Of a DNA stretch of 64,000 nucleotides, positions 25,996 through 40,408 are shown piece after piece (positions within the stretch are counted from its first letter, which is position 1; every line of letters starts with the position of its first letter). The stretch is from the human T2T-CHM13v2.0 reference genome, Homo sapiens. The stretch is taken from NCBI RefSeq assembly GCF_009914755.1, contig NC_060926.1; one strand, 5' to 3'. The notes beneath the pieces are model-generated. The model worked only from the letters and a program-made list of their open reading frames with translations. It did no database searches and was not told where the DNA came from. A program made the translations under genes and the position numbers.

Positions 25996-27700
25996 CTCTT
26001 CAAGGAGTACTACAAACCACCGCTCAATGAAATAAAAGAGGACACAAACAAATGGAAGAATATTCCATGCTCATGGACAGGAAGAATCAATATTGTGAAA
26101 ATGGCCATACTGCACAAGGTAATTTATAGATTCAATGCCATCCCCACCAAGCTACCAATGACTTTCTTCACAAAATTGGAAAAAACTACTTTAAAGTTCT
26201 TATGGAACCAAAAAAGAGCCCACATTGCCAAGTCAATCCTAAGCCAAAAGAACAAAGCTGGAGGCATCACACTACCTGACTTCAAACTATACTACAAGGC
26301 TACAGTAATCAAAACAGCATGGTGCTGGTGCCAAAACAGAGATATAGACCAATGGAACAGATTAGAGCCCTCAGAAACAATACCACACATCTACAACCAT
26401 CCAATCTGTGACAAACCTGACAAAAACAAGAAATGGGGAAAGGATTCCCTATTTAATAAATGGTGCTGGGAAAACTGGCTAGCCATATGTAGAAAGCTGA
26501 AACTGGATCTCTTCCTTACACCTTATACAAAAATTAATTCAAGATGGATTAAAGACTTAAATGTTAGACCTAAAACCGAAGAAAACCTAGACAATATCAT
26601 TCAGGCCATAGGCATGGGCAAGGACTTCATGAGTAAAACACCAAAAGCAATGGCAACAAAAGCCAAAATTGACAAATGGGATCTAATTAAACTAAAGAGC
26701 TTCTGCACAGCAAAAGAAACTACCATCAGAGTGAACAGGCAACCTACAAAATGGGAGAAAGTTTTTATGATCTACCCATCTAACAAAGGGCTAATATCCA
26801 GAATCTACAAAGAACTTAAACAAATTTACAAGAAAAAGTCAAACAACCCCATCAAAAAGTGGGCAAAGGATATAAACAGACACTTCTCAAAAGAAGACAT
26901 TTATGCAGCCAACAGACACGTGAAAAATGCTCATCATCACTGGCCATCAGAGAAATGCAAATCAAAACCACAATGAGATACCATCTCACACCAGTTAGAA
27001 TGGTGATCATTAAAAAGTCAGGAAACAACAGGTGCTGGAGAGGATGTGGAGAAATAGGAACACTTTTACACTGTTGGTGGGAGTGTAAACTAGTTCAACC
27101 ATTGTGGAAGACAGTGTGGCAATTCCTCAAGGATCTAGAACTAGAAATACCATTTGACCCAGCCATCCCATTACTGGGCATATACCCAAAGGAATATAAA
27201 TCGTGCTGCTATAAAGACACATGCACATGTATGTTTATTGCGGCACTATTCACAATAGCAAAGACTTGGAACCAACCCAAATGTCCATCAATGATAGACT
27301 GGATTAAGAAAATGTGGTACATATACACCATGGAATACTATGCAGCCACAAAAAAGGATGAGTTCATGTCCTTTGTAGGGACATGGATGAAGCTAGAAAC
27401 CATCATTCTGAGCAAACTATCGCAAGGACAGAAAACCAAACACTGCATGTTCTCACTCATAGGTGGGAATTGAACAATGAGAACACTTGGACACAGGGTG
27501 GGGAACATCACACACCGGGGCCTGTTGTGGGGTGGGGGGAGAGGGGAGGGATAGCATTAGGAGATAGACCTAATGTAAATGACAAATTAACAGGTGCAGC
27601 ACACCAGCATGGCACATGTATACATACGTAACAAACCTGCACGTTGTGCACATGTACCCTAGAACGTAAAGCATAATTAAAAAAACAAAAGAAAAAGAAA
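25996..27700 (+). mobile_element. 5'-truncated L1PA (about PA4-PA6) with ORF2 3' region, 3'UTR and poly-A
   Basis: ORFs 25906-26976 and 26859-27473 match L1 ORF2p ([19 protein letters not shown]; [25 protein letters not shown]; ...MFSLIGGN*); degenerate TSD gaaaaggtgtgctg / gaaaagatgtcctg. Confidence 0.97.
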
Positions 27701-28039
27701 AGATGTCCTGGAGACTGCAGGCCCTGCCCCTGGGCACGGTGCTCCCAGACTTGAGAGTCAGGGCCCCACCGCAGCCTGACAGTGCCGCCCACTGCTAAGG
27801 CAGCTCCCTTCCTGTCCCATGGGGATTGAGGGCTCCCTGACTTGCTTTGTGACTTTCACAAAGAAATAGCAGGCAGGCCTTTAATTCAGCAAACCTTAAA
27901 TAAGATGGCAGAATGTCCACCAATGCGCTGTTAGGAAAGGACAAGAAAATGGGATAAACTTACTGTTAACAGAGATCACTCCCTTATTCGCAATACATGA
28001 GGTACACTGAAAAGAAAGTGAGCGTGAGAGGTCTCAGTT

Positions 28040-28442
28040 AGAGAAGGGGCCAGGCCCTCAGTGCCCTCCACAGCCCACCTTCCCATGGGGTTGCACACCA
28101 CGACAGCCATCGTGGCACCTGCACCTACCTCCCTGTTGGAAACCTGGAGTGACAAGGGTCAGTCCCTGCCCCAGGAGGAGCCCCCAAGCACCAAGTGCCC
28201 AGAGTCAGTGGATTGGTGCCCCAGCTCCCGCATCCCCTCTGGGCAGCTAACTCGAAGGTGTGGTCTGAGCCGGCTCCCAAGCTCTCCACTGGCTGACTCT
28301 GACTTAATGACATGCCCTCTGTTGGCTGGTCTCTTCCTCGTGTCACCCCACTGCCTCCTCCAGCGCCTCCCAAAGAAATAACAGTTCTTGCATTAGAATC
28401 CTTGGCTTAGGGGCTGCTTCTGAGAAAGTCCAAACCAAAACA
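28040..28442 (+). mobile_element. LTR16-like ERVL LTR remnant
   Basis: The 3' end cttgcattagaatccttggcttaggggctgcttctgagaaagtccaaaccaaaaca resembles the LTR16 terminus; the 5' boundary is uncertain. Confidence 0.6.
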
Positions 28443-28497
28443 GATGGACCCTAGAGGAATCAGACAAAACCAAAGTGGGGTCTTAATATTCACGTGA

Positions 28498-30020
<1,523 letters not shown>

Positions 30021-30948
30021 ATAATCATGTGACCGAGATGACCATTGTCACTAGCTTGAGAGACAAATGTTGATATCAGCCTTTTCCAAAAGCAATCACT
30101 TAAGCCACCTTGCCCACCATGGCAGGAAGTCCAGTATTTCCTTCTGGAGGCCCCGGCTCCTCCTCGTGAGCTGTCCAACAGCTCCGTTGGAGGCAGAGGC
30201 CGCTCCGTCCTGAGCAGAGAGTCCTATTTCCAAGTGCCCGGCAGAGAGGAGGCTGCAGCCCAGCCACCCCACCACAGTCACACTGCGTGTTTCCCCAGAG
30301 CACCTCCAGTGGTCTAGACCCACCACACACACCCTAGTGGGTCTGCTGGGCAGAGGGCACTCAGCCGTAGTCACACCACGCTGGGGCCTCGTTCCTGCCA
30401 GGAACTCAAGTCCCCTTGGAATGGGTTCTATGTGTCCTCCAGTTCTCCAAGCAACACCACTTACTACTGTCCCCGCCTCCCTGGAGGGAGTTGTGTGTGT
30501 AATCCTGGCTCACACCCTGACCTGGGAGAAGGGGCTCAGGACTATCCCAGCCCCTAGGCTGCTGCAGGAAATTTGCGTCCCCCAGGGCGGCAGGCGACTC
30601 TTTCTTGCTCTTTTCCAGCAGGCTCCCCTTCCTCTGTGTAGAATGAGGAGCCCTCTCTCCCTGCCACCAGCTCTGCAAACCCTGGGGGACTGGGGCATGC
30701 ACATTCATCTAACAAGAGAGGTTTTGCTTAAACCAAGAAAGGAGAAGTTGCCTGAGAGGTACATCCTCCAGCCTTGCTCAACATACCCGGAAAAGGGCCA
30801 CACCCTGAGCCTTCCACTGGTTACTTCCTTCACAGTTTCAGTACGGCAGAGCTGCTGGCATGATTCAAACCTTTCCAAGGTTAGACAAAGCATAAAAGCA
30901 CCCAAAAACACTTACAAAGCCAGCCCAGCCCAGACACCAAAACATGAG

Positions 30949-30951
<3 letters not shown>

Positions 30952-30995
<44 letters not shown>
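30952..30995. repeat. (GT)n microsatellite, ~22 units
   Basis: Uninterrupted GT run. Confidence 0.98.
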
Positions 30996-30997
<2 letters not shown>

Positions 30998-33402
30998 TAC
31001 TCCCTGTTGCTCCTTCTCTCCCCTTCCCTCTCTTCCTTCCCCCAGCCCATCCCCCAGTCTCTCTCTTGTGCACACACACACCACACACCACCCAGAAATC
31101 CCAGTCCACGCCCTCGGTGACCAGCAGTTTCAGGCCAGATTCCCCAGAAACAGACTGAGACAAGAATCACAGCTTCAAGGAAGTGGGGGAGGCACCGACT
31201 CCAGTGGGACCCCACTGGCAGCTCTGAATCTGGAACAGCCCTGGGGGGGTTCCTGGGATTGTGTACAAGGGCAGTTGCTGGGACCATGCGTCTAGCAGGC
31301 ACCAGCTGCATGTTGCCCCAGAGAGGAGGCGCAGCTTTGCTCACTCGCTGGAGGTACACCCCTCGTGCCCACAGAACTTTCTAAAGGACTCAGGCATGAA
31401 CCATCCAAAGCCAATACTCCTGTAGCTGGAACATTCAGGCCTCAGTCCTGAAGGAGGGTCTGGGCGGCACACAGAGCACCCAGCACTTTGCACCCCCCTC
31501 TGGTCCTGCTGGGCTCCCCTGGCTCCATAGAATAAGGCTGCCTACCTGGGAACATCTCCTCCAGGATTCTGGCTAGGCTCCCATCCTGGGCAGAACGCTT
31601 GGGAGAGGAAGGGTGGGAAGCGGATTCGTGGGGCCGAGCTGCAGCTGGCCTCCAGGCTGTAGCTGATAGTCATCCTCCTGCCGCCCCTGCCAACGCTGGG
31701 TCAGCTCCTACTTGGTGGTGCTGGCCAGACCCTGAGGGCAGAAAAGACACACTTGTACCCAGAACACATGCTGGAGCCAGGCGAGAGTAGCTGCTCACCC
31801 TTCTGGGGTCTTTCCTAGGCAGAATGCCCTTGATGCAATTAACTTGCCACTGAGTGGCTGGCTAGCCTTTCCCAGGGATGGTGCCACGTGGGGGCTCAGC
31901 ATTGGTGTCTGTTGCTCGTAGGCTGGACATCTGGCAGTAGGTGGATCAGCCTCCATGAGTTGGGGCCCACAATGCTGGGGCCACACATACCCCTATCCCT
32001 GCCACCACCACCTCTCCGCCCAGGAGCCCATTGTGTCACACTGAGGACACAGGTGACAGAGGCTGGTGGTGGTCAACTGGCCAGGTCATCCTGTCTACCT
32101 GGGTGTCAATGTCCATCCATAGATCTTCACATTCAGGTCACTCCATCGGGTCCACGTGCTGCCTCAACTCCAGACCTCCTTGTCCCTGATCTTCCGATTC
32201 CCGAGTCTTTCCAAGCCTTGGTCCAGCCAGCCAAGCTGTTCCCAGCTGCCCGAGTCAACATGCGTATTCTCCTCCAGCTCCTTTCCTTCTGTGGAAAGCA
32301 AGTGGCAGGTGACCTGCCCAAAGCTCTGGCAAGGGGAGGATTTCCCCCACCTCTGCCACTCGGGGCCACTGCTGAGTGGGGCTGTAGGATAACCACCAGC
32401 CCACGTTTGGCTTGCATCCAATCATTAAGCTGACCAATCCCTGAACCATGCCCAGCCTTCTTCCTCCTCTGCCAGCTGGTTGAAAGAGACTGCCCTCTGT
32501 GGGGCTGTACCTTGAGCCAAGACTGCCCTCCGTGGGGAGTGACCCAGGTGGGAGTCGTAGCTGACTGGGGGTGAGGCCACTCATGCTTAGCTTGCTCCCT
32601 TCCTCCGAGGACGCTGGCCTAGGCGCACCACTTCCATCTTGTGCGGGCTCGTTGCTCGGCCCACGCAACCTGAGGACATGACGGGTCCTACAGGACTCTG
32701 CCACGATGGGCGGGCTGGCCTTGTGGTCACGTGGTGAACCTTGGCCAAGAGCTTCATCTCTAAGGGGCTCAGCACACATGCTGGGTGGGTGGCGTGGCCT
32801 TGCTCTGCACCTCAGACGCCTCCACGTGATTCTCCCCCTGGGGCTGTCTGCTACCACTGCAGACATCTCAATACTGCGGGGAGCTCTGGGCCACACGGCC
32901 CAAGGGGCAGGGTCCTTTCCTGCATGTATGCGTCAGGCTCACGTCTGTGCAGGCCTTCTGCCTCCTGTTGCTGTAACACTACAGGCTGAACCGGAAAATT
33001 GTAGTATTCAACCATGTTTGATCTGTCAACACTGCAGAGTCCCTGAGCTCAACCGGATGCAGTTTAGGATCCCACCCCATTTGGCAGGCTGCATGTTCCA
33101 GCACCTGAAGCAAAGGCCAGTGTCTGTGCACATGTGTGCAGATGCCAGAAAGGGGCATCACCTCGGCGTGCAGGAGGACGTGGCCAAGAGCGTCCTGTTG
33201 TCATCCACATGTGTGGCCTCTTCAGTTTCTCCCACTCTCTGGTCAGTCTGTTCAGCAGCTCCCCTTTCCAGCAGGTGGAACAAGGGTGGGCAGGAACTGA
33301 GGCGGACGTGGACTTAGCACAGGACAGCACAAAACTCTGGGCTTGGCAAGATCTGAGAAACCTTTACTTCCCCAGACCAGCAGGAGAAACGGAGTTCACA
33401 GG

Positions 33403-35650
33403 CAACACACACAGACACACACAAATATACAGATACACACACAGAGATACACAGAGATACACACACACACAGAACACACACATACACAGACACACACAAA
33501 TATAGACACACACAGAGACAGAGATACACAAACATACACACACACAGAACACACACATATACATACACAGACACACACAAATATAGACACACAGAGATAC
33601 TCAAACACACACACAGAACACATACATATACAGACACACACAAATATACAGACACAAAGAGATACACATACACACACAAAACACACACATACATACACAG
33701 ACACACACAAATATACAGACACACACAGAGACACACAGAGATACACACACAAACATACACACACAGACACACACAAATATAGACACACACAGAGATACAC
33801 AAACATACACACAGAACACACACATACATACACAGACACACAAATATACAGACACAGAGATACACACACACACAGAGAACACATACATACAAAGACACAC
33901 ACAAATATACAGAGATACACATACACACACAGAACACACACATACATACACAGACACACACAAATATACAGACACACAGATACACATACACACACAGAAC
34001 ACACACATACATACACACACACAAATATACAGACACACACAGAGAGACATACAGAGATACTCAAACATACACACACATACATACTCAGACACACACAAAT
34101 ATACAGATACAGAGAGAGACACAGAGATATATAAACATACACACAGAACACACACACAGACACACACAAATATATAGACACACACAGAGAGACACACAGA
34201 GATACACATACACACACAGAACACACACATACACAGACACACACAAATATACAGACACACACAGAGACAGAGATACACAAACATACACACACACAGAACA
34301 CACACATACACAGACACACACAAATATACAGACACACACAGAGATACACAAACATACACACACAGAACACACACGTATACAGACACACAAATACACAGAC
34401 ACAGAGAGACACAGATACACAAACATACACAACACACACACATACACAGACACACACAAATATACAGACACAGACAGAGAGACAGAGATAAACATACACA
34501 CACACACAGAGAACAAAGACATACTCAGACACACACAAATATACAGACACACACAGAGACAGAGATACACATACATACACACAGAACAAACACATACACA
34601 GACACACACAAATATACAGACACACACACAGAGAGACAGAGATACACATACATACACACACACAGAACACACACACAGACACACACAAATATACAGACAC
34701 ACACAGACAGATACACAAACATACACAGAGAACACACACATACACAGACACAAATATACAGACACACACACAGAGATACACATACACACACACACACATA
34801 CACAGACACACACAAATATACAGACACACAGAGACACACAGAGATGCACACACAAACATATACACACACAGAACACACACATACATACACAGACATACAC
34901 AAATATACAGAGACACACAGAGATACACATACACACACAGAACACACAAATATATACTCAGACACATAGAAATATATAAATACAGACAGAGAGACACACA
35001 GAGATACACAAACACACACACAGAACACACACATACACAGGCACACACAAATATACAGACACACACAGAGAGACACACAGAGATACACATACACACACAG
35101 CACACACACATACACAGACAGACACAGAGAGACACACAGAGATACATGGACATACACACACACAACACACACCCATACACAGATACACACAAATATACAG
35201 ACACATAGAGAGACACACAGAGATACTCACACAAACATACACACACACATACATACTCAGACACAAAGATACAGATACACACAGAGAGACACAGAGAACA
35301 CACACATACATAGACACACACAAATATACAGACACACACAGAGAGACACACAGAGATACTCACACAAACATACACACAGAACACACACATACATACACAC
35401 ACAAATATACAGATACACACAGACAGACACACAGAGATACACACACACACAGAACACACACACATACACAGATACAAATATACAGACACACACAGACACA
35501 GATACACAAACATACACACATGCACAGAACACACACAGACACACATACACAGACATGCAGATACACACACACATTGACACACATACAAACACACACAGTA
35601 GCGCACACACACAGACACAGACACAGCCAGACACACACAGAGACACAGAG
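33403..35650. repeat. 2.25-kb CA-rich modular tandem array (~60-80-bp variable unit)
   Basis: Ordered modules cacagaacacacacatacacagac / acacacaaatatacagac / acacagagatacac recur roughly 28 times. Confidence 0.97.
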
Positions 35651-35751
35651 ATGCACCACACTGAATCCTGTAGGAAGAGCCCAAATGCCCGTCACAGGCC
35701 AAGCTCAGTTCCCTGACATCTCCAGATCCAGCAAAGACCACATCCTCATCT

Positions 35752-36090
35752 GCATATGCAGCTAACAAAATACCAACGCTGCACAAGTGATAAAGAGCAA
35801 ACATTTATTTCCTCCCCATTCCAGAGGCTGAGAAGTCCAGGGTCCAGGCACCAGCAGGTTTGGTGTCTGCGAGGGCCGCTCTCTGCTCCCAGGACGGCAC
35901 CTTGTGCTGCCACCTCTGGGGTGGAAGGTGAGGGACAGGTGCGGAACAGGCGCTGTGTGAGCCTCCTTCACGAGAGCCTTGATTCCCTCAGGAGGAGCAG
36001 CCCTCACGGCCTCACCAGCTCTTGGTGGCCCCACCTCTTTGCACCATCCCTTTGGCCATTATGTCTCAACCCCTGGGGTCAGACTCAGAC
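35752..36090 (-). mobile_element. MaLR LTR (MST/MLT1A-like)
   Basis: taacaaaatacca...acatttatttcct...gaggctgagaagtccagggtccaggcaccagcaggtttggtgtctg. Confidence 0.75.
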
Positions 36091-36355
36091 TTGATGCCCA
36101 AGATCTGACCAGGAGCCATGGGGTGCTGGCACCGTCCCAGGCTCTGGCATTACAGGGCAGACATGAAACACTGTGGACATAACACTTGCTCCAGTGTGGT
36201 CACACCCAGAGAGACACACACACCTGTCACAGTCGCCGGCCAGAGTGAGGCCCTGAGCACATCCAGGCAGGAATGCCTGGGGGTGGGGTCTCAGGTTAGG
36301 CCAGGGAGGGGCTGACACTGAGCACCAAGGAAGGAAAGGGTCCAGGAAGCCAGAG

Positions 36356-37047
36356 TGAGGTGGGAAATTAAATAAATAATAAAAATAAAATTAAAAAGAG
36401 AAAGAAATAGGCTTTCCTGGATTAGGCTGACTCATCCCAAAGGCAGTAGCAGGCAAGGCCCACACCCATGAAAAGTCTTGATAAACACTGTCTTAAGAAG
36501 CTAGGACAAAAAGGAATGTGCTCTGAAGACTCTCCCAGCACTCCCTCAACATAGGGAGAATAAAAACAAATTTTCCTGTCTCTTATGGTATGAGTTTATA
36601 GATTCCTGTTCTCTGTAACTAGTAACTTCAAGCATTCTGTTTTATCTAAGCAGTGGAGTGAAGATCATAAACTATCTGGGCAGGCCTGAGATCCAGCCAC
36701 CTGGACACCACAGTGAAGGTCATGGAATAAGCCATGCTAGGCACGAGAGAAAAACCTAGATAACGGACATCTGGGTTGCATAGCAACAGTCATGTGTAAT
36801 CCTGAGTTATGAACCTGTCACAATTTGACTAATTGTTTTGCCTCTGTATCCTTGCTTCCACACCACTGTAACTGTAAGCCTGCTTCAAGCTAGCCCACCC
36901 CCTTTTTGAAGTGTACATAAAAGTCATGTGCTGTCTTTGTTCCAGGCCCAGTTTTCCAGATGTTAAGTCCGCTGGCTCTGAATGCACTCAGTAAAGATCC
37001 TCCTGCTTTACCCCAAGGTCTCTCTCATCCTCCTGATTCCCACAACA
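36356..37047 (+). mobile_element. Complete solo ERV1 LTR (LTR15-like), 692 bp, 4-bp TSD
   Basis: TG...CA ends; AGAG at 36352-36355 and 37048-37051; TATA-like cataaaa at ~36917 and polyA-like agtaaa at ~36990. Subfamily assigned from memory. Confidence 0.82.
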
Positions 37048-38574
37048 AGAGCCCCTCTGGGAAGATGGCAGCTATGGCAGGTACCAGTGACATGTGAGCC
37101 CTGAGAAGGTTTCAGCAGAGGAGCAGCACCCCCAGCCCTGGGCTGCAGTGCAGAATGGGAGCCACAGAGCCAGTCATGGTGTGGCGGCAGCCCAGCAGCC
37201 CTGGACTCCAGGTGGGGAGAGGAGGCCTGGGCTGTCCAGGTGGGCCTGCTCCTGGTCCTCAGGGGAAGGGCCTCTGTCTCTGCTGCCTGGGCCTGAATTA
37301 TGGGGTCTCTGCCCTCCTTGGACCTGCTCTGGGGCCTGAGGGACCCTCTGCATCAAGGAGGGTGCCACAGATGGACCATGCATGCTCTGGCACATGGCCA
37401 GCACCTGCCATGTTGCCAGGAAAACCCACCATTGGGTATTTTCCACTGAGGTCCCACAGCCCTGGGCAGCAACAGGCCAGGGAGGCCCTCACCAAGGAGG
37501 ACTGGACACTGGACATACATGCGCCCCATCGCCCTTGCTCTCAGGAAGCCCACCCTTGCAGGAGCCTTGAACCCGAGGCCTCCTCAGGTGCCCCCGCACG
37601 CCAGGCCTGACACTCAGTACCAGTGGAGACTTCCTCTTGAGCCCCTCCACCCCTGTGCTAACCCAATCCTGTCTCCCAAGGACAGACCCTGACACAGAGG
37701 CCAGGGAAAACCTGACTTGGCAAAATCACTTTCTCACCCATGAACACAATCTCATACCTTAGTTCCCTCCCCTCCTGCAGTGGCAGCCTCATCCACAGAC
37801 CCTAAGAAAGCCCCCAGCTCTGGAGAACAGCTCTCCACCATTCACAAGTTCTCTCTCCTCCACTTTATTCCCAGGTGTGGGTAGGGGTGGAGTAGGTGCC
37901 TCATCCTCACAGAACAAAGATGGAAATCCAGCATTGGGACCACGCATGGTGACTGGTTACCCACGTCAGCTCCCACCCGTGTCCTCGCTCTCCACGCTGA
38001 GGGCTTGCCAAGGACACAGCCAGTTCAGGAAGGGGTGGCCCGTGTGGCAGGGTCTCCTCCAGGTCTGGGTCCAGCTGCCTCTGATGGAGTTCACCCTCCT
38101 CCTGCTCGTCCAGTGTCCATCTTCCCATCCCCACTCACAGCAGGTGGGAGGCCAATGGCAGGGACACAGTAACCGGCTGCTTCCACCCCATGAAGGGCAG
38201 ACTCCTGACAAGATCTGAAGACAGCAGGGATGGGAGGTGGCACTTGTCTCTCCAGGTCTGAGCACCATCTTGGGAGGCAGCAGAGGGGCCGAGGTGGGAC
38301 AGACTGACACCCACTGCTGAGGAGGAAGCCAGACCAGGACTCCAGTCCCTGCTCCAGCCACCATGTGGACCTTCGGTGGCACAGAAGGCATGCAGCTCTG
38401 GAGCCACTGACAACAGCAGCCCTGCCCCTCTTCGGGCTGTTTTCTCTTGATGGTTTGTTTCTCCTGGTTTGTCTCATGCCCCCTTTGCACTGGGGCCTCC
38501 CACCCCTGCTTGAAATCACCCCTCCCTCCTCACTCTCTGCCCCTCCCTGTCCTTCATGGCTCCTTGAATTACTC

Positions 38575-38720
38575 GACTAGCCTACTTCTGTCTCCTTCTA
38601 GAATGCTGGCTCCTCGAGGGCCAGGGGCATCCTCACGGCTTTGTTCTCTGCTGCACTTACAGCTCCCAGGATGATTCCTAACACGCAGTGGGCATGCGGA
38701 ACGGGGTAAGTTGAAGGAAT
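38575..38720 (+). mobile_element. L2 3'-end remnant
   Basis: ctagaatgctggctcctcgagggcc...ttgttctctgctgcac...cctaacacgcagtgggc...gttgaaggaat. Confidence 0.55.
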
Positions 38721-39224
38721 AACCAAACGCAGCCTTAAGGCTCATACAGAAACAGATTCACCAAAACACCTGCAGTGCCCGCCACTGGGTGTGGGGTTAT
38801 GGGTGATTTTAGCATTCTTCCTACAGTAATCCAAGTAATTCCTGTGAAACTGAGGCCCCATCCTAAGAGGATCACATTCTCAGAAAACCTGACACACAAA
38901 CAAAACCATCCCTGAGAATACCTCGTTTTCCAAAGGGCTTCTCCACCTGCAGCCTCTCTCCACACTTCACCCTTCCCTGAACACATCTTCCATGAACTCT
39001 GAGTTCTCCTGCCATTTGGAGAGAACGCGGGGGAAGACACGGCCCCTACGGAAGGAGGGGTGGGGCCGCCCAGGTCTGCCATAGGGAGGCAAGGAGGCTG
39101 GTGCCCCTGCCTACGCCAGTCCTTCCCCATCAGGATAGCCACGGTCCAAGGCCTGAAATTAAGGTGCAGTACTGTGTGTGCCCCAGCACCTGTGAGATTG
39201 GGGGCCCCCTCACCCTGCTCCCAG

Positions 39225-39540
39225 GGTGCTTCCCCCCCATTCATATGTTGAAGCCCTGGTCCCAGCATAATGGGATTTGGAGGTGGGGCCTTTGGGAGGT
39301 GGTCAGGGTTCAGTGGGGTCACAGGGTGGGGCCCCATGATGGGACTGGGACAGCAGAATGCTGCTTCCTCTCTCTCCAACCCCGTGTGAGGGTTCAGCAG
39401 GAAGGTGGGGAGAGGGCCCTCCCCAGGAACAGAATACCTCAGCACCCTGACCTGGGACTGCCATCCTGCAGAGCTGAGAATGGAATGTCCTTTGAGACAT
39501 CCCATCAGCAGCAGTTTGTACAGCAGCCCAGACTGACACG
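39225..39540 (+). mobile_element. MLT1A-like MaLR LTR
   Basis: attcatatgttgaagccct...atttggaggtggggcctttgggaggtg...gggccccatgatgggact...tttgtacagcagcccagactgac. Confidence 0.8.
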
Positions 39541-40408
39541 TGGATAAGGTCCCCTTGCCATGGGGACTGGGCACAGTGCCTGCTCAGCCCCGTCCTGGGG
39601 CAGATCCTGGAGGCTGAGGCCCCAGGGACAGGAGCATCCGAGGGGGAGAAAATCAAAAGGCTTCAGCAGCCAGACAGCCAGTTTGGGGCTGGAGCCGCAG
39701 ACTATTTTTAAAGTGTTTTCTCCTAAGCTAAAAATTGAGAACGGGAGTCCTTAAATAGCATCCCCACTTGCCAAAAGGAGCTGTGTCTCCGTCTCCTTAA
39801 CTTCCCTAGAGCCCAACATCCAACTGCTCCACACAGTTTCTGGAAGGAAGCAACTCTGAAGGTAAAGGAAGGGACGTGGCCTTTAAGGGAGGGGCTCCCA
39901 GGCCTTTTGCGTGACGGCGATGGAGGCGCTGTGGTTTTGTTTCTTGCTTTTTCTGCAGAATCAGCCCCAGCCACACCTGCTATTGAAAGAAAGCCTGGCA
40001 GATGCAGATGAACACAGTTCCTAGAAGGCGGAGGGGTGGGGTCGTCTGAGGTGCCTGGTCATTGGCTGCCCCCTTTAATCTTTGGGCAACCCCTCTGAGT
40101 CTCCCCAGGTGGGCAGGTTTCTCCTGTCTCTCCTCAGGTATCCTGGGGAAGGCTGAATGCCTAGAGATGATTGTCCAGGAAGTAGCATCTTCCACACAGC
40201 CACAGGGTTCTGTGGACAGAGCAACCAAGAGCCAGAGCCCCTGTCCCACAGGAGTGTGTGATCGTTTGTCAATCAACCAATATTATTTGCAAATCAATAT
40301 GGTGGCTCGAACCTAAGGAAACTTTAGGGCAGGTCACAACCTGCAGGAACCGGGGCATGAGCCGTGTAGGTAGGCGAGTGAGCTGCACCTCATTGGGCCC
40401 AACCCTGC

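Noticed and set aside
25906-27473. 356-aa and 204-aa ORFs as a host gene
   Set aside because: They are L1 ORF2p fragments within a 5'-truncated L1 with poly-A and TSD.
30337-33317. Several 180-270-aa ORFs in GC-rich unique DNA
   Set aside because: No recognisable domains; overlapping ORFs on both strands are expected at this GC content, and one runs through a (GT)n tract.
33396-35804. 802-aa minus-strand ORF and overlapping Val/Cys- or Thr/His-rich ORFs
   Set aside because: Artefact of the TG/CA array, which rarely generates stop codons; several frames are open at once and there is no domain structure.
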